From the NCBI GenBank assembly GCA_964188305.1, contig OZ076888.1: 64,000 nucleotides of DNA; one strand, given 5' to 3'. Each line of letters begins with the position of its first letter. Position 1 is the first letter of the stretch. The stretch is from Podarcis bocagei (taxonomy: Eukaryota). Shown in pieces: positions 26,701-39,631 of this stretch. The notes beneath the pieces are model-generated. The model worked only from the letters and a program-made list of their open reading frames with translations, was not told the origin of the DNA and did not search any database. A program made the translations under genes and the position numbers.

Positions 26701-26959
26701 AAGAAGAAGAGAAGAAGAAGAGTTTGGATTTGATATCCCGCCTTTCACTCCCTTTAAGGAGTCTCAAAGCGGCTAACATTCTCCTTTCCCTTCCTCCCCC
26801 ACAACAAACACTCTGTGAGGTGAGTGGGGCTGAGAGACTTCACAGAAGTGTGACTGGCCCAAGGTCACCCAGCAGCTGCATGTGGAGGAGCGGAGACTCG
26901 AACCTGGTTTTCCAGATTACGAGACTACCGCTCTTAACCACTACACCACACTGGCTCTC
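26701..26959 (-). mobile_element. Squam3-like tRNA-derived SINE, young copy
   Basis: Reverse strand GAGAGCCAGTGTGGTGTAGTGGTTAAGAGCGG...ATCAAATCCAAACTCTTCTTC; highly similar to 34478-34729 and 50991-51250. Confidence 0.88.
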
Positions 26960-28291
26960 AGCAACAAGTCAGCAACAAGCATCAGAAAACAGCAATGACT
27001 GTAGCGAAGAACTTGAGATATAGATGTTCCTAAGGAGCAATCACGTGAGCTGAAATACACATGTGAGACAGGCAACAGCCCACACTTACCCTCTCTAAAT
27101 GGCAGAATCCCACACAGAAGTGGGAACATCTGCAGAGAACATTTAGAGAAGCAAGATGGTGTGATTATATCCCATACCACTTCTGCTTCCACTTGGGAAC
27201 AGTTGTGGGTTCCTGGCCACATAGAAGCTGCAAGGGCATATATAAACTAGGCCTAAATCAAGGGGGTGGGGAACTACACCAGTCAGTTGTTTTTTTAAGG
27301 TTAAAGTCATAACATAACTGGACATAGGTCGTTTGTCTCCCAAACTAAACAGGAATTCTGAACATCATGAAACCCAGTGCACATAGCCTTCTCCAACCTC
27401 ATATTAATGTTCTATCAGTCATGCTTCCTTCATGCTCCACTCCCTTCTACTGTGATGAGTTCCAGACCTCTGAACATATGTTGCCCCAGCTATTGATAAT
27501 TCATCTGTCCTCAAGCGAGTTTAAGATCTTAGTAATTCTTCCATAGATCATAAGTTCTGCATTAACATGATGGATTCACTCAACTAGGCATTAAAATGTA
27601 ATGTATGATGGGGTTTTCTATAAAAATAAATGGTCATATATTTTGCAAATGTTAGCTGCTCATCTCTGGCAATAAGATGGAGAGAGGGGAAGAGAAGCAT
27701 TATATTCTGTTCTGCAGATTTAAGGAGATTCATCTACTTCTGTTCTAGTACTCAGCTGCTGTTAAAAGAGGTGGGAGAAAATACACTATGTGACTGGTAC
27801 ACAGCATGTGGGCTGATACATAAAATATGTAGGATTTTCAAAGGGAACATTTCAACATTACCTTAACTATCTTCAAAGGCTGTGGCCTAATCACAAATGC
27901 AGCCACTACCCAAATAGTTGGCTTGACCACCGTAGCCTTGAAGGAAAAAAAACAAAAAACCCTACAGGATTTATTTGCGTATTATCAGACCCATGCACAT
28001 TGTCTCTAGTGATTTAATTGACAGGTAGGGCACTTCCAAATGGCTGCTGTTTTTAGGTGGTATTCAGTAGCATACTGGCACATTCAGGTTGCACAGTTAA
28101 AGCTCGTATGGAGATTTTGTGTGACAAAACTGCTTTCCACAAGATTGGACTTTTTGCAATAAGGAGAATGATGGAGAAATAAATATTGGAAAGTGTGGGA
28201 TAAAACTTGCTTGATGCGAAGTCATCTAACCTCTTCACAAACAAATCAGGATGAATTCTGAATAAGCAAGTCATCTGCAAGGGGTCTTAGA

Positions 28292-28381
28292 TAAGGTTGC
28301 TATATTTAAAAAGGTGAAAATCCGGAGACAAAAGTTGTTGAGCTTTCAGCTACTTCACTGCCCGGATGTATGGCAACCCTA
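28292..28381. mobile_element. About 90-bp hAT-like MITE
   Basis: TIRs TAAGGTTGCTATA / TATGGCAACCCTA; flanking CTTAGA duplication. Confidence 0.7.
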
Positions 28382-29892
28382 CCTTAGATATTACCTCTCA
28401 AACAAGAAGATGAGGTGATGCTGAGGCAAGGCAGTTAGGCATGATCTACTGCCTGCCACACTATGTATTTTCATGCATATTTTTCTTGGACAGCTAGGAT
28501 TTTCCCACTGCAGTCCAAAGGCAAAAATATGAAAACAGAAACTTCTTGCATACAATAATTATATTAAAGTCTTTGCACAATAAATTCAGTTATCTTCTGC
28601 TTTCTGGCATTACAACAACTTTGAGAGAATGAATCACAGGCAGTAAAAATAAAATTTCCCTTGGTGGTCTTGTGGCTTTGACCATAGGACAAGCAGGGAG
28701 AGAGAGAAATCCTCATTCACTGACAAATGGAGAGTCAAGGGAAGCATAGAGGATGAGGGGTCTGGAGAATGGAGAGTATTTGACCTTGTCAAGCAATGGT
28801 ACTGGTACACAGTGCTAGGCAATTTGGTAGAGATTGTTCACGAATTATACATGTCTACTGTACTGTTGGCAAGCTGTGCTATGTACCGGTATGTTGTCTG
28901 TACGATAAAATGTTCAGATTAAACTCAGAGTTGAGGGTGTATGCCAGATCTTTCCAGCCTAAGTCTGCAATTCTAAACCCATTTATAAACCCCATTGAAT
29001 TCAATTGGACTTCTGAGTAGACCAGGTTAAACTGCATTGGTATTAACTACATGGGAAGTTACTTGGGGGGGGGGAGGGATTACTCTGGGAATCCTATGCC
29101 TGCTTAGAATTAAGTTCCATTGATTCTTAACATTTTCACAAAGATTCCAGGAACAAAGATCCATATTCCTCTTAGAAGGAAGTCCATACTCCTTACTCTA
29201 ACTCTGTGCAGACTAAGAGGGAACTGTAAACACATATTGTTACACAGAACAAAGACTGCAACTCTAAACTAGTTTTGTCTTACTTACATCAAGCTTGGTT
29301 CACACATGCATGGTTACTATGTGATGGCTGACACATGTAAGGGCTTGCATGTGGAAGTGGAGTGATCTAACACTACAGACAGAAGCAGAAAATTATTTAC
29401 ATTTGCAGGCCTCCTCAGGCGTTAAAAATGTGTACAATGAACACATACAGAAGGGGCCAATCATGCAAGAGGGTCTAATGAAACACACAGGTTATGGCAG
29501 TGCCACTACTATTGTGCAGTCATTGTACCTGCTTTGAACACCTTGTAGTTGTTATTATCATCATCATCATCATTTATTATATCGCCTTTTGCCCAGACCA
29601 GGACTCAAATCTTACATGGCCTGCAAACCAAGAAAAATCATACCATCTGTAGAAAAATGTAGTTATCTGCGTATGTAAATACGTGGTGCAGGCCTTACTT
29701 CCAAGTAAACTGTGGTTAAGATCTGCTGGTATGAATTTCTGAGAACATATGTTAGTATGAAACTCAAAAGCTTAGTCTATTTTGGCTGGTGGTTGTCAAA
29801 ATGATACCAGTTATCTAATGATTAGATTCTAACCCTGAGAAGAAGACATTCACATTCCTTTTTTTATTCTTTTCCTTGCCTTCCCAACACAG

Positions 29893-30021
29893 AGGACATA
29901 TATCTTTACCTTCCTACTGAGTTCCAGAGTCTTCATTCACCCCCATGAACTCCTAGCTAAAGTGGGGCAAATCTGCCTTAAACAGAAGCAGCAACTGGAG
30001 ACTGGAGTCGACGCAGACAAG
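29893..30021 (+). CDS. RASGEF1A: RASGEF1A coding exon 2
   Basis: cacag|AGG; RTYIFTFLLSSRVFIHPHELLAKVGQICLKQKQQLETGVDADK; AAG|gtatgt; 129 nt, phase 0. Confidence 0.96.
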
Positions 30022-30688
30022 GTATGTGGGATACAAAGCTTCTCACTGGTTTAGATGCAATGTATTTTTTTTCTTCTTCTCTCCCTGAAATCTCTACATC
30101 CTCTTGTCAAACAGGTTCTTCCAACTAACAGATACAATCTCCTAGTCACCAGCTGTACCCTTTTGCTAAACTATTCATTTTTGCACGTGCTGTATATACT
30201 CAGTAATACGAACTTTACTGCCAGTTGTACTTACTGGAACTGGCACAGTGTTATTGCTGTGGGTAGGAAAACAGAATCTCATAGCTGTTTTCGTGCGCTG
30301 AGCAACCGCGTTGGCTGTTTTGCACAGCAATGCTGCCAGGGTAATTGCATTTACATCGTGATAAGCACGGCTGTGTAAGCCTTCCTTGAAACAAACACCT
30401 GTAAATTTCACCTTAGCAGCCATTACTGAACGTACCTAGGCATCATCTGAGTCAAATGTTAAAACAAACAAAACAATATCTGTGTGAGACTTTACAGAGA
30501 CAGCCTCACGTGCAAGATGCCTACGATTGCAGCATTCTCAGGCAATAGATTCTGGGCGTGCTAATGCTACATGTGTAGGAAACACACTGCAATTTATACC
30601 TAGCAACAGCCATTAATTTATCTTATGTCAGACTGTTGCTAAAGATCAGGAGTGGGACCTGTTAGAAAAATGGACAGGGGGTTGGGAG

Positions 30689-30842
30689 AATTGGATAGCT
30701 CAGTCAGTAGAGCATGAGACTCTTAATCTCAGGCTCGTGGGTTCGAGCCCCACATTGGGCAGAATATTCCCGTATTGCAGTGGATTAGACTACACGAACC
30801 TTCGTGGTCCCTTCCAACTCTACAATTCTCTGATTCTATGAA
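30689..30842 (+). mobile_element. tRNA-Lys(CTT)-derived SINE with CR1 tail
   Basis: 30689-30761 closely resembles tRNA-Lys-CTT but has a broken acceptor stem; followed directly by ...GGTCCCTTCCAACTCTACAATTCTCTGATTCTATG. Confidence 0.85.
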
Positions 30843-31999
30843 CTAGCATTGATTCTACCTATTATAACTCCCGGTTCCACTTACCATTCACTGTCCTGCC
30901 TCGCCCCTCACCAAGCCCATTGGGCACCACTGTCCCTAAACAAATAAGTTGCTTTAACAAGCCTAGCATACATATACATTGGGACTGATCCTCATTAAAC
31001 CATGTATAATGAATCAGACCCTTGCTTTCTCCATGCTTCTGGGCATCCCCACCAGAGGGGAATGGCTAAGGATAGAAGAGTGATGCACTGGAGTCCTATC
31101 TCCTCTGTCCTTTCAAAAGCTTGCAAATATTTATTTTCAGGACAGTATTTGAAGTCTTTCTTGTGTCACACTGTCATATTCCAGAGACATTAACTCTTAC
31201 ATAGTAAGAGGAAATGGTTATGTATCAAGATTCTGGTTTCCTCTTCTCAAATGTTGGAGGAGACGGCATTGTTTATTGCGTCTGTTGAGCTTTCTTCAGC
31301 AGAACAGTTCTTGTTTTAATTTTGTCCGTGATCTGCTAAGGAATCGTGAGTTCTGAAAAGTCATAGTGCTGCCAGTCAAAGCTTACTACTGTGCAAAATA
31401 GATGAAACACACAGAGCTCTGATGCACTGTGATAAGGTACCTGTATAAACAAACTATTAAATCAAATACCAGTTGGGTGGCGTGTGAGCAGAAACCCTGG
31501 CAAGAAGCCAGGCTTTGTGGTTATGTGCTTATACTTATCATTCCTTTATTAATGACATCACCAGCCACTAGCAAAATCTCACAGAAAATGTTCCAAGACA
31601 CAAGCTGACAGATTAAACACAAACTTTAGCCCTGCTCAGATCCACTTGGGAGGCTTTTGCTGCTTTATTTGACAAGGGAGAGGGTCTCGGTGTTTTAAAA
31701 TACCACGTTTTCATAAATATGTCAGAGGGCTGTTAACCCTGCCAAAAAGTAGCAAGTTAACTTTATAAGGCTATATAATAGGGACAAGGGGGGGAAATCA
31801 GATATTGCCCTCCTTAGGGAACTGCCAGAATGTAATTTGTAGCTAGAATCCAGAAAATTGCTGAAAAGGTAGAACTATTTAGGACCTGCATGCATGATAG
31901 CTATCAACACTGCCCCCCACCAGTAAATCAAAGGAGTGCTGTTTCATTTCTTTAAGTTTTCCACTGCCAAAATTTTCCACTGGATATGTGTCAAAAATG

Positions 32000-32000
<1 letters not shown>

Positions 32001-32035
<35 letters not shown>
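32001..32035. repeat. (TAT)n microsatellite
   Basis: Directly visible. Confidence 0.95.
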
Positions 32036-32037
<2 letters not shown>

Positions 32038-33840
32038 CACTCTCTTCTCTTTGAACAGCTCAGTTTGATTTATTGCAGTGTTTCTCGAACTTGGGTCTCC
32101 AGCTGTTTATAAACTACAATTCCCATCATCACTGACCACTGTGGTCCTGCTGGCTAGGGATGACAGGAGTTCTAGTCCAAAAACTAACAAGCATCTCAAC
32201 TGGAGGTGGGGTGGACTAATACTTTCCCAGAAGAACTAATTGCCTAAAATGGGGGGAGGGGAGCCTGTGACCTTTTAGATCCCATCTACAGCTGCCATCA
32301 CCCCTGGCCATTATGGGCCCTGCTGGTTGGAGATGATGGGAGATGAGAGTCCAGCAATGTCTGGAAGTCCACATGTTCCCCTACCCTAAACGCTTTACTG
32401 TATCTTGAATTTCTCCACCCTGTTTGTGGAGAGAGGAATTGGGGGAACCATTTTGCCAGATTTCTTTCAGGAGGAGTTCTCCAACTGTTCTTGCGGGTGT
32501 GGCTCATCATTAGCACAGCTTCTTTGTCTCTTCCCCCTGAATATTTTTTGTTGCTGATGCTGCAGATGCTGCAACTGTGCTGGCAGCTTGGCCATCAATT
32601 TGCATCCCACCCAAAGCCCAGCGCAGCTCGAGGGTGGTTGGAGGGGGAAATGGTGGTCACCATGATAGATGGCAGAGAATTCTGCAAAATGGATTGGGGG
32701 TTCTTCTTAGAAAAAATGTGTATTCTGAGAAATTTTGGCTCAGTTCTAGTTTTTGTTCAATCCTCAAGTGCACAGTAATCAAGCACAGTGAAATTAAAGG
32801 ATATATATTCACATGTGAACCTGGTCTTTGGAATCTTAGAAGTTAGGCAGGGAGGGTGATTGGCCATTATCCTGCTACCAACCCTTCAGAGACTGCTGCT
32901 TAAGTCCTCTGTTTCTCCTTCCACACATCACTCTTTCCTTGTTAACCTTGGACACAAATGTTAAAACACAGAGTCTAGCCCAGGAACTGCCAGTATCCAT
33001 TTTCTGCCCTAGACGCTGCATCTGCTGGGTGGTAGAACCGTTGTTCTTTGCAGTTCTTAAACGACCCTTTTCTAGAATTCCTATGTAATCTGTTTAGACA
33101 TTAATATCGCAAGCAAGTGGCTGAGTCTCCAGCAGATTGTCTTTGGTGAGTTGTTAAGAATCAATAAAGAGCTGCTGGGTTATTTTTCTTAAAACAAAGA
33201 ACACAAAAAAACAAAGCCTGAAATACTGGAGCCTAAGGATCACTTTCTTTATGTTAAGCAATCGCAATGCATTTTCTTCTTTCTCCGAAAAGGGAACCTG
33301 TCTGCTTGACATCCCCTAGAGCTCTGTAAATTCCCAGGCAAGGGTGGAAATCATGGAAGGAATAACCCTTCCCTTGCTTGCTTGAAGTGGCTGTGGGTGG
33401 GGAGAAACTTGAAGCAACTGGCTGGAATGACAAACAAAGGAAATGGTTGCTCCCCCAAACTTTGCTGAGAGCATTACAGTATTTCTGCTCCTTCTCACAG
33501 CAAAACTTAAATCATTTTCTCTCGCTGAGAACTTTAATTAAATGTCATTAGCTAATAAACCCAAGCACAGTGAAGAAAAGGTACAACAACAGAGCTATTA
33601 GGAGAAATGAATAAGATGCCCTGTGACCAAGGAGTATTTAGGAAGTCCCCACCCTCCAAAGCCTGGATGAAGCTCAAATGACTCAGTAATGAAGGAAATC
33701 TAAATTTCCATCTCCCTCCAAAAAAGGCTGCATTGGAATTTGCTGATACTAGACTCCAACCAATATGTAATGAAACTAGAAGAATGATCTTGCCTCGTGA
33801 CACCTGATTACAACGTAGAAAGATGTGCATGTTCCTTGTA

Positions 33841-34082
33841 CAGTGGTACCTCAGGTTAAATACGCTTCAGGTTACATACGCTTCAGGTTACAGACTCCGC
33901 TAACCCAGAAATAGTGCTTCAGGTTAAGAACTTTGTTTCAGGATGAGAACAGAAATCGTGCTCCAGCAGCGTGGCGGCAGCAGGAGGCCCCATTAGCTAA
34001 AGTGGTGCTTCAGGTTAAGAACAGTTTCAGGTTAAGAACGGACCTCTGGAATGAATTAAGTACTTAATCCGAGGTACCACTG
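33841..34082. mobile_element. Tc1/mariner (pogo/Tigger-like) MITE, same family as 7194-7441, opposite orientation
   Basis: ta|CAGTGGTACCTC...GAGGTACCACTG|ta. Confidence 0.9.
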
Positions 34083-34194
34083 TATAGTAAATGCACTGGA
34101 TTTTGGGAAGTGCTGGAAATGACACTTGGTCCAATTCAAGGTGCCCAATGGCCATTTGCTGCAGGAATCACCACCTATCTTAAATATTTACATT

Positions 34195-34355
34195 GGATTT
34201 AGGAACGAGTTAGACCATTGGTCTATGCGGCTCAGTAACTGGCAGCAGCACTCCAAGGTCTTAGGCAGAAGTCTTTCATAAGCCCTACCTGGAGATACCA
34301 GGTTGAACCCAAGATCTTTTACATGTCACAAATATGTTCTGCCACTGACCTAGGT
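34195..34355 (-). mobile_element. Older tRNA-derived SINE with CR1-like tail (same family as about 50862-50990)
   Basis: agaccattggtctat...ctcagta..ctggcagcagcactcca...ccctacctggagat...ttgaacc. Confidence 0.55.
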
Positions 34356-34477
34356 CCCTTCCCACTTTGCAAGCTTGTTCAAAGGGCTGGTTTTGATTTT
34401 CAGAACCCCAAAAGCCCTGGGCCCTCAGTATCTGAAGGAGCACGTCAGCACTTTATTCCTTCATGTTCATTATGATT

Positions 34478-34729
34478 GAGAGCCAGTGTGGTGTAGTGGT
34501 TAAGAGTGGTAGTCTCGTAATCTGGGGAACCGGGTTCACGTCTCCGCTCCTCCACATGCAGCTGCTGGGTGGCCTTGGGCCAGTCACACTTCTTTGAAGT
34601 CTCTCAGCCCCACTCACCTCACAGAGTGTTTGTTGTGGGGGAGGAAGGGAAAGGAGAATGTTAGCCGCTTTGAGACTCCTTAAAGGGAGTGAAAGGCGGG
34701 ATATCAAATCCAAACTCTTCTTCTCTTCT
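34478..34729 (+). mobile_element. Squam3-like SINE
   Basis: A/B-box head, (CTT)n tail, short TATGAT target duplication. Confidence 0.88.
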
Positions 34730-35633
34730 ATGATATTCAGAAGCAGCTCTGCTTAGGGCAATCTTTGCAAACCTGGAGTCCTTTCTCGTTGTAACTCTCC
34801 CTGAGAAACCCACCTGGCAAAACCTTCTTTTGTTTTTTGTTTTTGTTTTTAAAAGCAAACAGCTTTTGAGCTGCCAGAGAAGACAGTGCCTTTCCTTCAC
34901 CCTGCCTTCTTGTCTGTGTGTGTTTGTGGGGCGGTTTACTATGCATTTTAAATATCAGGCATCAAATTGGCATGAAACCACATTTATTTTTATGTTGATA
35001 TTTTGTAAGCTGCTATGAGGACTTGCAGCGCTGCGGGACGCATAAATAAATGCCACAATCCAGTCACAGTTAAAAGCGCTTTCGCTTCCTGTTGTTTTTA
35101 ACAAGGAAGCTAAGCGTACGCTTAAATCAACGTGCTTAACTTTGACTGGCTAATGTCTAAAACAAAATAAACCCAAGGGATGCATTGTCTGTATGGAAGA
35201 AGCTGGAGACAGAGCTTTCTGACAAAATGTGCTTTAAAGCCGTAGAGCAAGCTGCTAAAACTTTGCATCAAAGGTATCCCTTAATTTTTCCTTTCTTTTA
35301 TGGCTGTTGTGTATGCACTTGAGACAGCTGAAAGAACCAAACTGCACCCCCCCAACACACACCACACTGATGCAAAGCCTCGAGGATGCTGAGCTAAGCA
35401 TTAGACACACCTGCTCTCTCTTTTTAATGCTCTCTATTGGAAGAAAGACAGAAAGGGATTTGTAAGACCAGCTGAGACTTTAGCCTAACACAACTTATTT
35501 TTCCTTTTGTTTTCATATGCCACTGTTAATGATTCAAAGATCTGGCACTTGGGGTGCCATCTGGTTACCCAGAAGTCACCGTCAAGGAAAGTCTCCTTGG
35601 CTCATTGATTAACCACTCTGCATTCTTTCCTAG

Positions 35634-35771
35634 GCAAAGCTTAAGTCCTTTGCTGCCAAGATCATTCAGCTCCTGAAAGAATGGACTGAAACCTTCCCCT
35701 ATGACTTCCAGGATGAAAAATCTATGAAAGAGCTGAAGGAAATTGCTCACAGGATCACACAGTGCGATGAG
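35634..35771 (+). CDS. RASGEF1A: RASGEF1A coding exon 3
   Basis: cctag|GCA; AKLKSFAAKIIQLLKEWTETFPYDFQDEKSMKELKEIAHRITQCDE; GAG|gtaagg; 138 nt. Confidence 0.96.
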
Positions 35772-36185
35772 GTAAGGGGAGGAACACACACACATGCAGG
35801 TGGAACAGATACCACTACCACCCGTCCCAACCTATAATTTGTCTTGACAGGTTGCAAATATTTGCTACATGCGTTGAGGCACCACAACTGCTGACCATGA
35901 CTTGCCTAAATGGTATTAACAAGAGCAGAGGAGTTGGCCCTTTCTGCCTTTTCAGGGACCTCTTACTCCTCAAATTTTATGTACAACTGACCACACCACC
36001 ACTACTGAGTAACTCACGGTACTTGCTACCATTGCAACCCCCATATGGGACCGGTCTTAATGTAATCCTAGCAATGAGAGAGCCCAAACCACCATATATG
36101 TGTTTCACTTGCTCCCCCTAATCTCAAGTGGTGAAGACAAGAGCCCAGAAAGGCCACTGGGGTTGGGGGAGAGGGAGGTATCAAT

Positions 36186-36417
36186 TGGTATGGGGCGGTG
36201 GGGGCGGCCCGCCCCACATGTCATTCCAGGGGGGTAACAAAAAAAACCCAGTAGATCGTTGCCGCACCAGTTGGCGCCCCGGGTGGATCACCGTCACGCC
36301 AATCAGCCCCTGGGTGGATTTCCGCCGTGCCATTGGGCCCCCCTGGGCGAATCAACCCACCCCCGGTTGCACGGCATATGCGCCTCTCCGGGTGCCTGAG
36401 CGACTAGCTCCGCCACT
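36186..36417. mobile_element. GC/CpG-rich MITE fragment (PIF/Harbinger-like end)
   Basis: Abrupt CpG-rich block ending AGCTCCGCCACT; left TIR not clearly preserved. Confidence 0.45.
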
Positions 36418-36855
36418 ACTTAGGGAGGCCCTGAGGTTTGCAGAAGAGCAAAATGTTGTGTTTTTTTAAATTAAAACAAAAACAGGTCTAAGTGGGTAGC
36501 CCTCTGCTACATCAGAAAATACAGCTAAATGAAAACTGAGTGCCCTCAGTGGCCAGGGACAATAAGAATCAATTGGAATAGAAAAACAACAGTTGGAAGA
36601 GAGTGGAATGTCATGTCTAGAAGGAACGGCTGCCTAGAACCCTGAACAGAAGCACTCCTTCTAGGGAGGGAGGGTACACTGCAACATTTTCTTGCAGGCT
36701 CCACTTGTGTGGCATACTATTGGATAGTGCTTGGATGTTCACCATATTCCTGTAAGGCAACTGGCCTATTATTTTTTCTTACTGCTGGTGTGATGTCAAC
36801 ATATTCCTTTAGAATTTCCATATCTCACTGTAAAATTGGAAAGGGCTTCTCAGGT

Positions 36856-36963
36856 AGGTTGGCGGCCATCTGTCACGGATGCTTTAGCTGAGTTTCCTGC
36901 CTTGCAGAGGGTTGGACTAGATGACCCTTGGGGTCCCTTCCAACTCTACAGTTCTGATTCTAT
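36856..36963 (+). mobile_element. CR1 LINE 3' terminal fragment
   Basis: ggccatctgtcacggatgctttagctgagtttcctgccttgcagagggttggactagatgacccttggggtcccttccaactctacagttctgattcta. Confidence 0.75.
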
Positions 36964-37981
36964 ATGAATTGTCTGTGCATCAAGGCACAGCCTACCAAGT
37001 GGTGCCAAGGTACAAAATTCACACATGGCCTTGTGATTAAAAACTGCCCATTGTACCTTATTTTATGTTGATAAATCAAATACATTCTGAAAGCACACAG
37101 GTAGGAGGGGATAAAAGGCTCTAACTAGATCCTTACAGCATAATCCTAAAGTTGTTTACTCCAAAGTCTAGCTGAGTTCAGTGGTATTTGCTTCCTGAGT
37201 CTATGTCTGGTTAGGCATGTTGCCTAAGTACTATAAAGGGTAGAGCGAGAAGAATGCTGTCTTTTTGAAATGACTGTTCCAAATATATATTTGAGATTGG
37301 CCCCGGAGGTTTAAGAGTGACAGGCATGTGTCTGTTTAAAATGTTAATGGCCAAAAAGACTAGAGTGGTGCAACAGCTTTGGCAGCAATGCATGATGATT
37401 GGAGGTGATGCTTTGATATTAAAGGTGTTGTCAAGAGTAGCATGACAAGTTTCAGGATGTGAGCAATGTTGTTTACCTGCATTTTATTAAGCTGTCACAA
37501 CCTGAAGGCAAGAGGAAATGATTAAGGCTATGTGCTGGGTTTTTAAACGGTGTGCGCAAAAACACTCGTACAATCTTACACTAAAGGAAAACAATTATAT
37601 TTTGTTTTATGTTCAGTTTTCATTAACTGGGTCATTTTTAAAATTGGAGGAAACACTCCTGTCTCCTCCTTGTCTCCCATTCATCAGCGAGGCTATACCT
37701 GAATCAAGAATAATAAGTTGTAAAAATTATTCATCTTGGTTAAGGCCTCTGCTTCTCAGGCTGTAAAACATGCCTACAAACATCCAACAAGATCAACAAT
37801 AGCATGCGAGCCAATAAAATGGGGACAGGGAGAGTTGTGTATATGTGTTTGCATACCTATGCAAAAGAACAATAAACTGCTATAAGGCCACCTGCTTATG
37901 ATGTACAATTTCTGTACATGTCTACTCAAAAGTAAGCCCTACTGGCTTCAGTGTGATTTACACTCAGGTAAATGTACCTAA

Positions 37982-38324
37982 GGGACGCGGGTGGCGCTGT
38001 GGGTTAAACCACAGAGCCTAGGATTTGCCGGTTCAAATCCCCGCGATGGGGTGAGCTCCCTTTGCTCGGTCCCTGCTCCTGCCAACCTAGCAGTTCGAAA
38101 GCATGTCAAAGTGCAAGTAGATAAATAGGTACCACTCTGGCGGGAAGGTAAATGGCGTTTCCATGCACCGTTCTGGTTCGCCAGAAGCGGCTTAGTCATG
38201 CTGGCCACATGACCCGGAAGCTGTACGCCGGCTCCCTCGGCCAATAAAGCGAGATGAGCACCGCAACCCCAGAGTCGGCCACGACTGGGCCTAATGGTCA
38301 GGGGTCCCTTTACCTTTACCTTTA
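37982..38324 (+). mobile_element. Sauria SINE (Squam1), full length
   Basis: GGGACGCGGGTGGCGCTGTGGGTTAAACCAC head, (ACCTTT)n tail, TSD about TGTACCTA; small internal deletion before the B-box. Confidence 0.92.
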
Positions 38325-39442
38325 AGTGTACCTAGGCTATCAGCCTGATCTAGACATATGTCTTTTCAATTGAGAGCCATGTGCAATCCTTCACATTTAA
38401 GTGGTAATAATGTGGGAACATCAAATTACCATTTGAAAAATCAGATCTTGCTGATCTGAAGATTGCATACTCACTCTTGTCAATATGTCCCCAAAATGCA
38501 ATATCTGAAGTATCTGTGGAAACAAAGGGGAGGTTGGTGCATGCCAGAGGTGCCAAGCTCTGCCCGACTTTGGGGAGGAGGCCCTTTGCGTGTGCATGAC
38601 ATCACACATGTGACACTCTGCGAGGAGGCCCAGTGAGATTAACCTCTGCTGTAGGTTTAGGCTAGCCAAGGTAACTCTCTCAGCCAATGTTTCTGATGTC
38701 TAGGGCATCCTAGGGACATGGTTCTACTTGCCAGACTTTTTTGCTTATATTCATATGCTGTGGTAACATAGCAGTCAGGTAACAGCCATAAAATAAACAT
38801 GCTGACATTGGCAATGTCGCTTGCCGTGGAGACTCAAGGATGACACAGACAGGCTGCTTTTGCTGCCTGAGTAAGCAAAGATGCAAGACATACCAAGGAT
38901 TTCAGACATGAGCAGGGCCCAAGTGTATTGCGTAGGCAGTTCTTTAAAGTCTCGGTGCAGTAAGGAATACTAAAGGAAGATCAAGCAGCCTACATGCCTA
39001 TGCAAGCAGGAGGACAACATTTATCAAGGTTCATGGCCATGTGCTTGAGGTCACAATTGAGCAACAAGCCAAATTAACACAGACGTCAGCAAGGAGAGTT
39101 TATGCAGACTCAGTCAGTTGTGGCAACGTTGTCCCTGCTTATATATGTAACTAGAGCTTGTTTCTAAGGTGAGAGGTTATTGTTCCTCTTCCGAAGGACT
39201 TTAGCAAGGCTATACATTACACAGATAACATGGAAAGCAGCCTGAATATTCTTGACTAGATGCCTCTATCAAGGAAAGGTGGAGCATCTTAATATACTCA
39301 CTTTCCCTCATATTCTCCTGCATTCCTGATGTTGCAGCTGATGTTGAACTGTGCTTTGGGCTAAGAGTCACTGAGCTGGCTCTTTCCTTGATTGTTAGCT
39401 CCCATGTGATTTGAAACAAAACCGTCCAACTGTTAACTGAAC

Positions 39443-39587
39443 TAGAATCATAGAGTTGTATAGTTAGAATCCTGAGGCTCATGTAGTCCAACTCCTTGCA
39501 GTGCAGGAATATGCAGCTGTCCCATGTAGGGATCAAACCTGCAACCTTGGCATTATCAGCACCACACTCTACCCAACTGAGCTATCC
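39443..39587 (-). mobile_element. tRNA-Ile-derived SINE with CR1 tail (second copy)
   Basis: Reverse strand GGATAGCTCAGTTGGGTAGAGTGTGGTGCTGATAATGCCAAGG...CTATGATTCTA. Confidence 0.75.
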
Positions 39588-39602
39588 TAGGCTAACTAAT
39601 TG

Positions 39603-39631
39603 CTGGCTGGCTGGCTGGCGGCTGGCTGGCT
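39603..39631. repeat. (GGCT)n microsatellite
   Basis: Directly visible. Confidence 0.9.

Noticed and set aside
30689-30761. Functional tRNA-Lys(CTT) gene
   Set aside because: The acceptor stem 5' strand is destroyed, the D-loop GG is mutated, and it runs into a CR1 tail rather than a T-run terminator, so it is a SINE head.
37978-38244. Similar ORFs MAEGAGVQLPGHVASMTKPLL (also 63592-63819)
   Set aside because: These are antisense translations of Sauria SINE copies.
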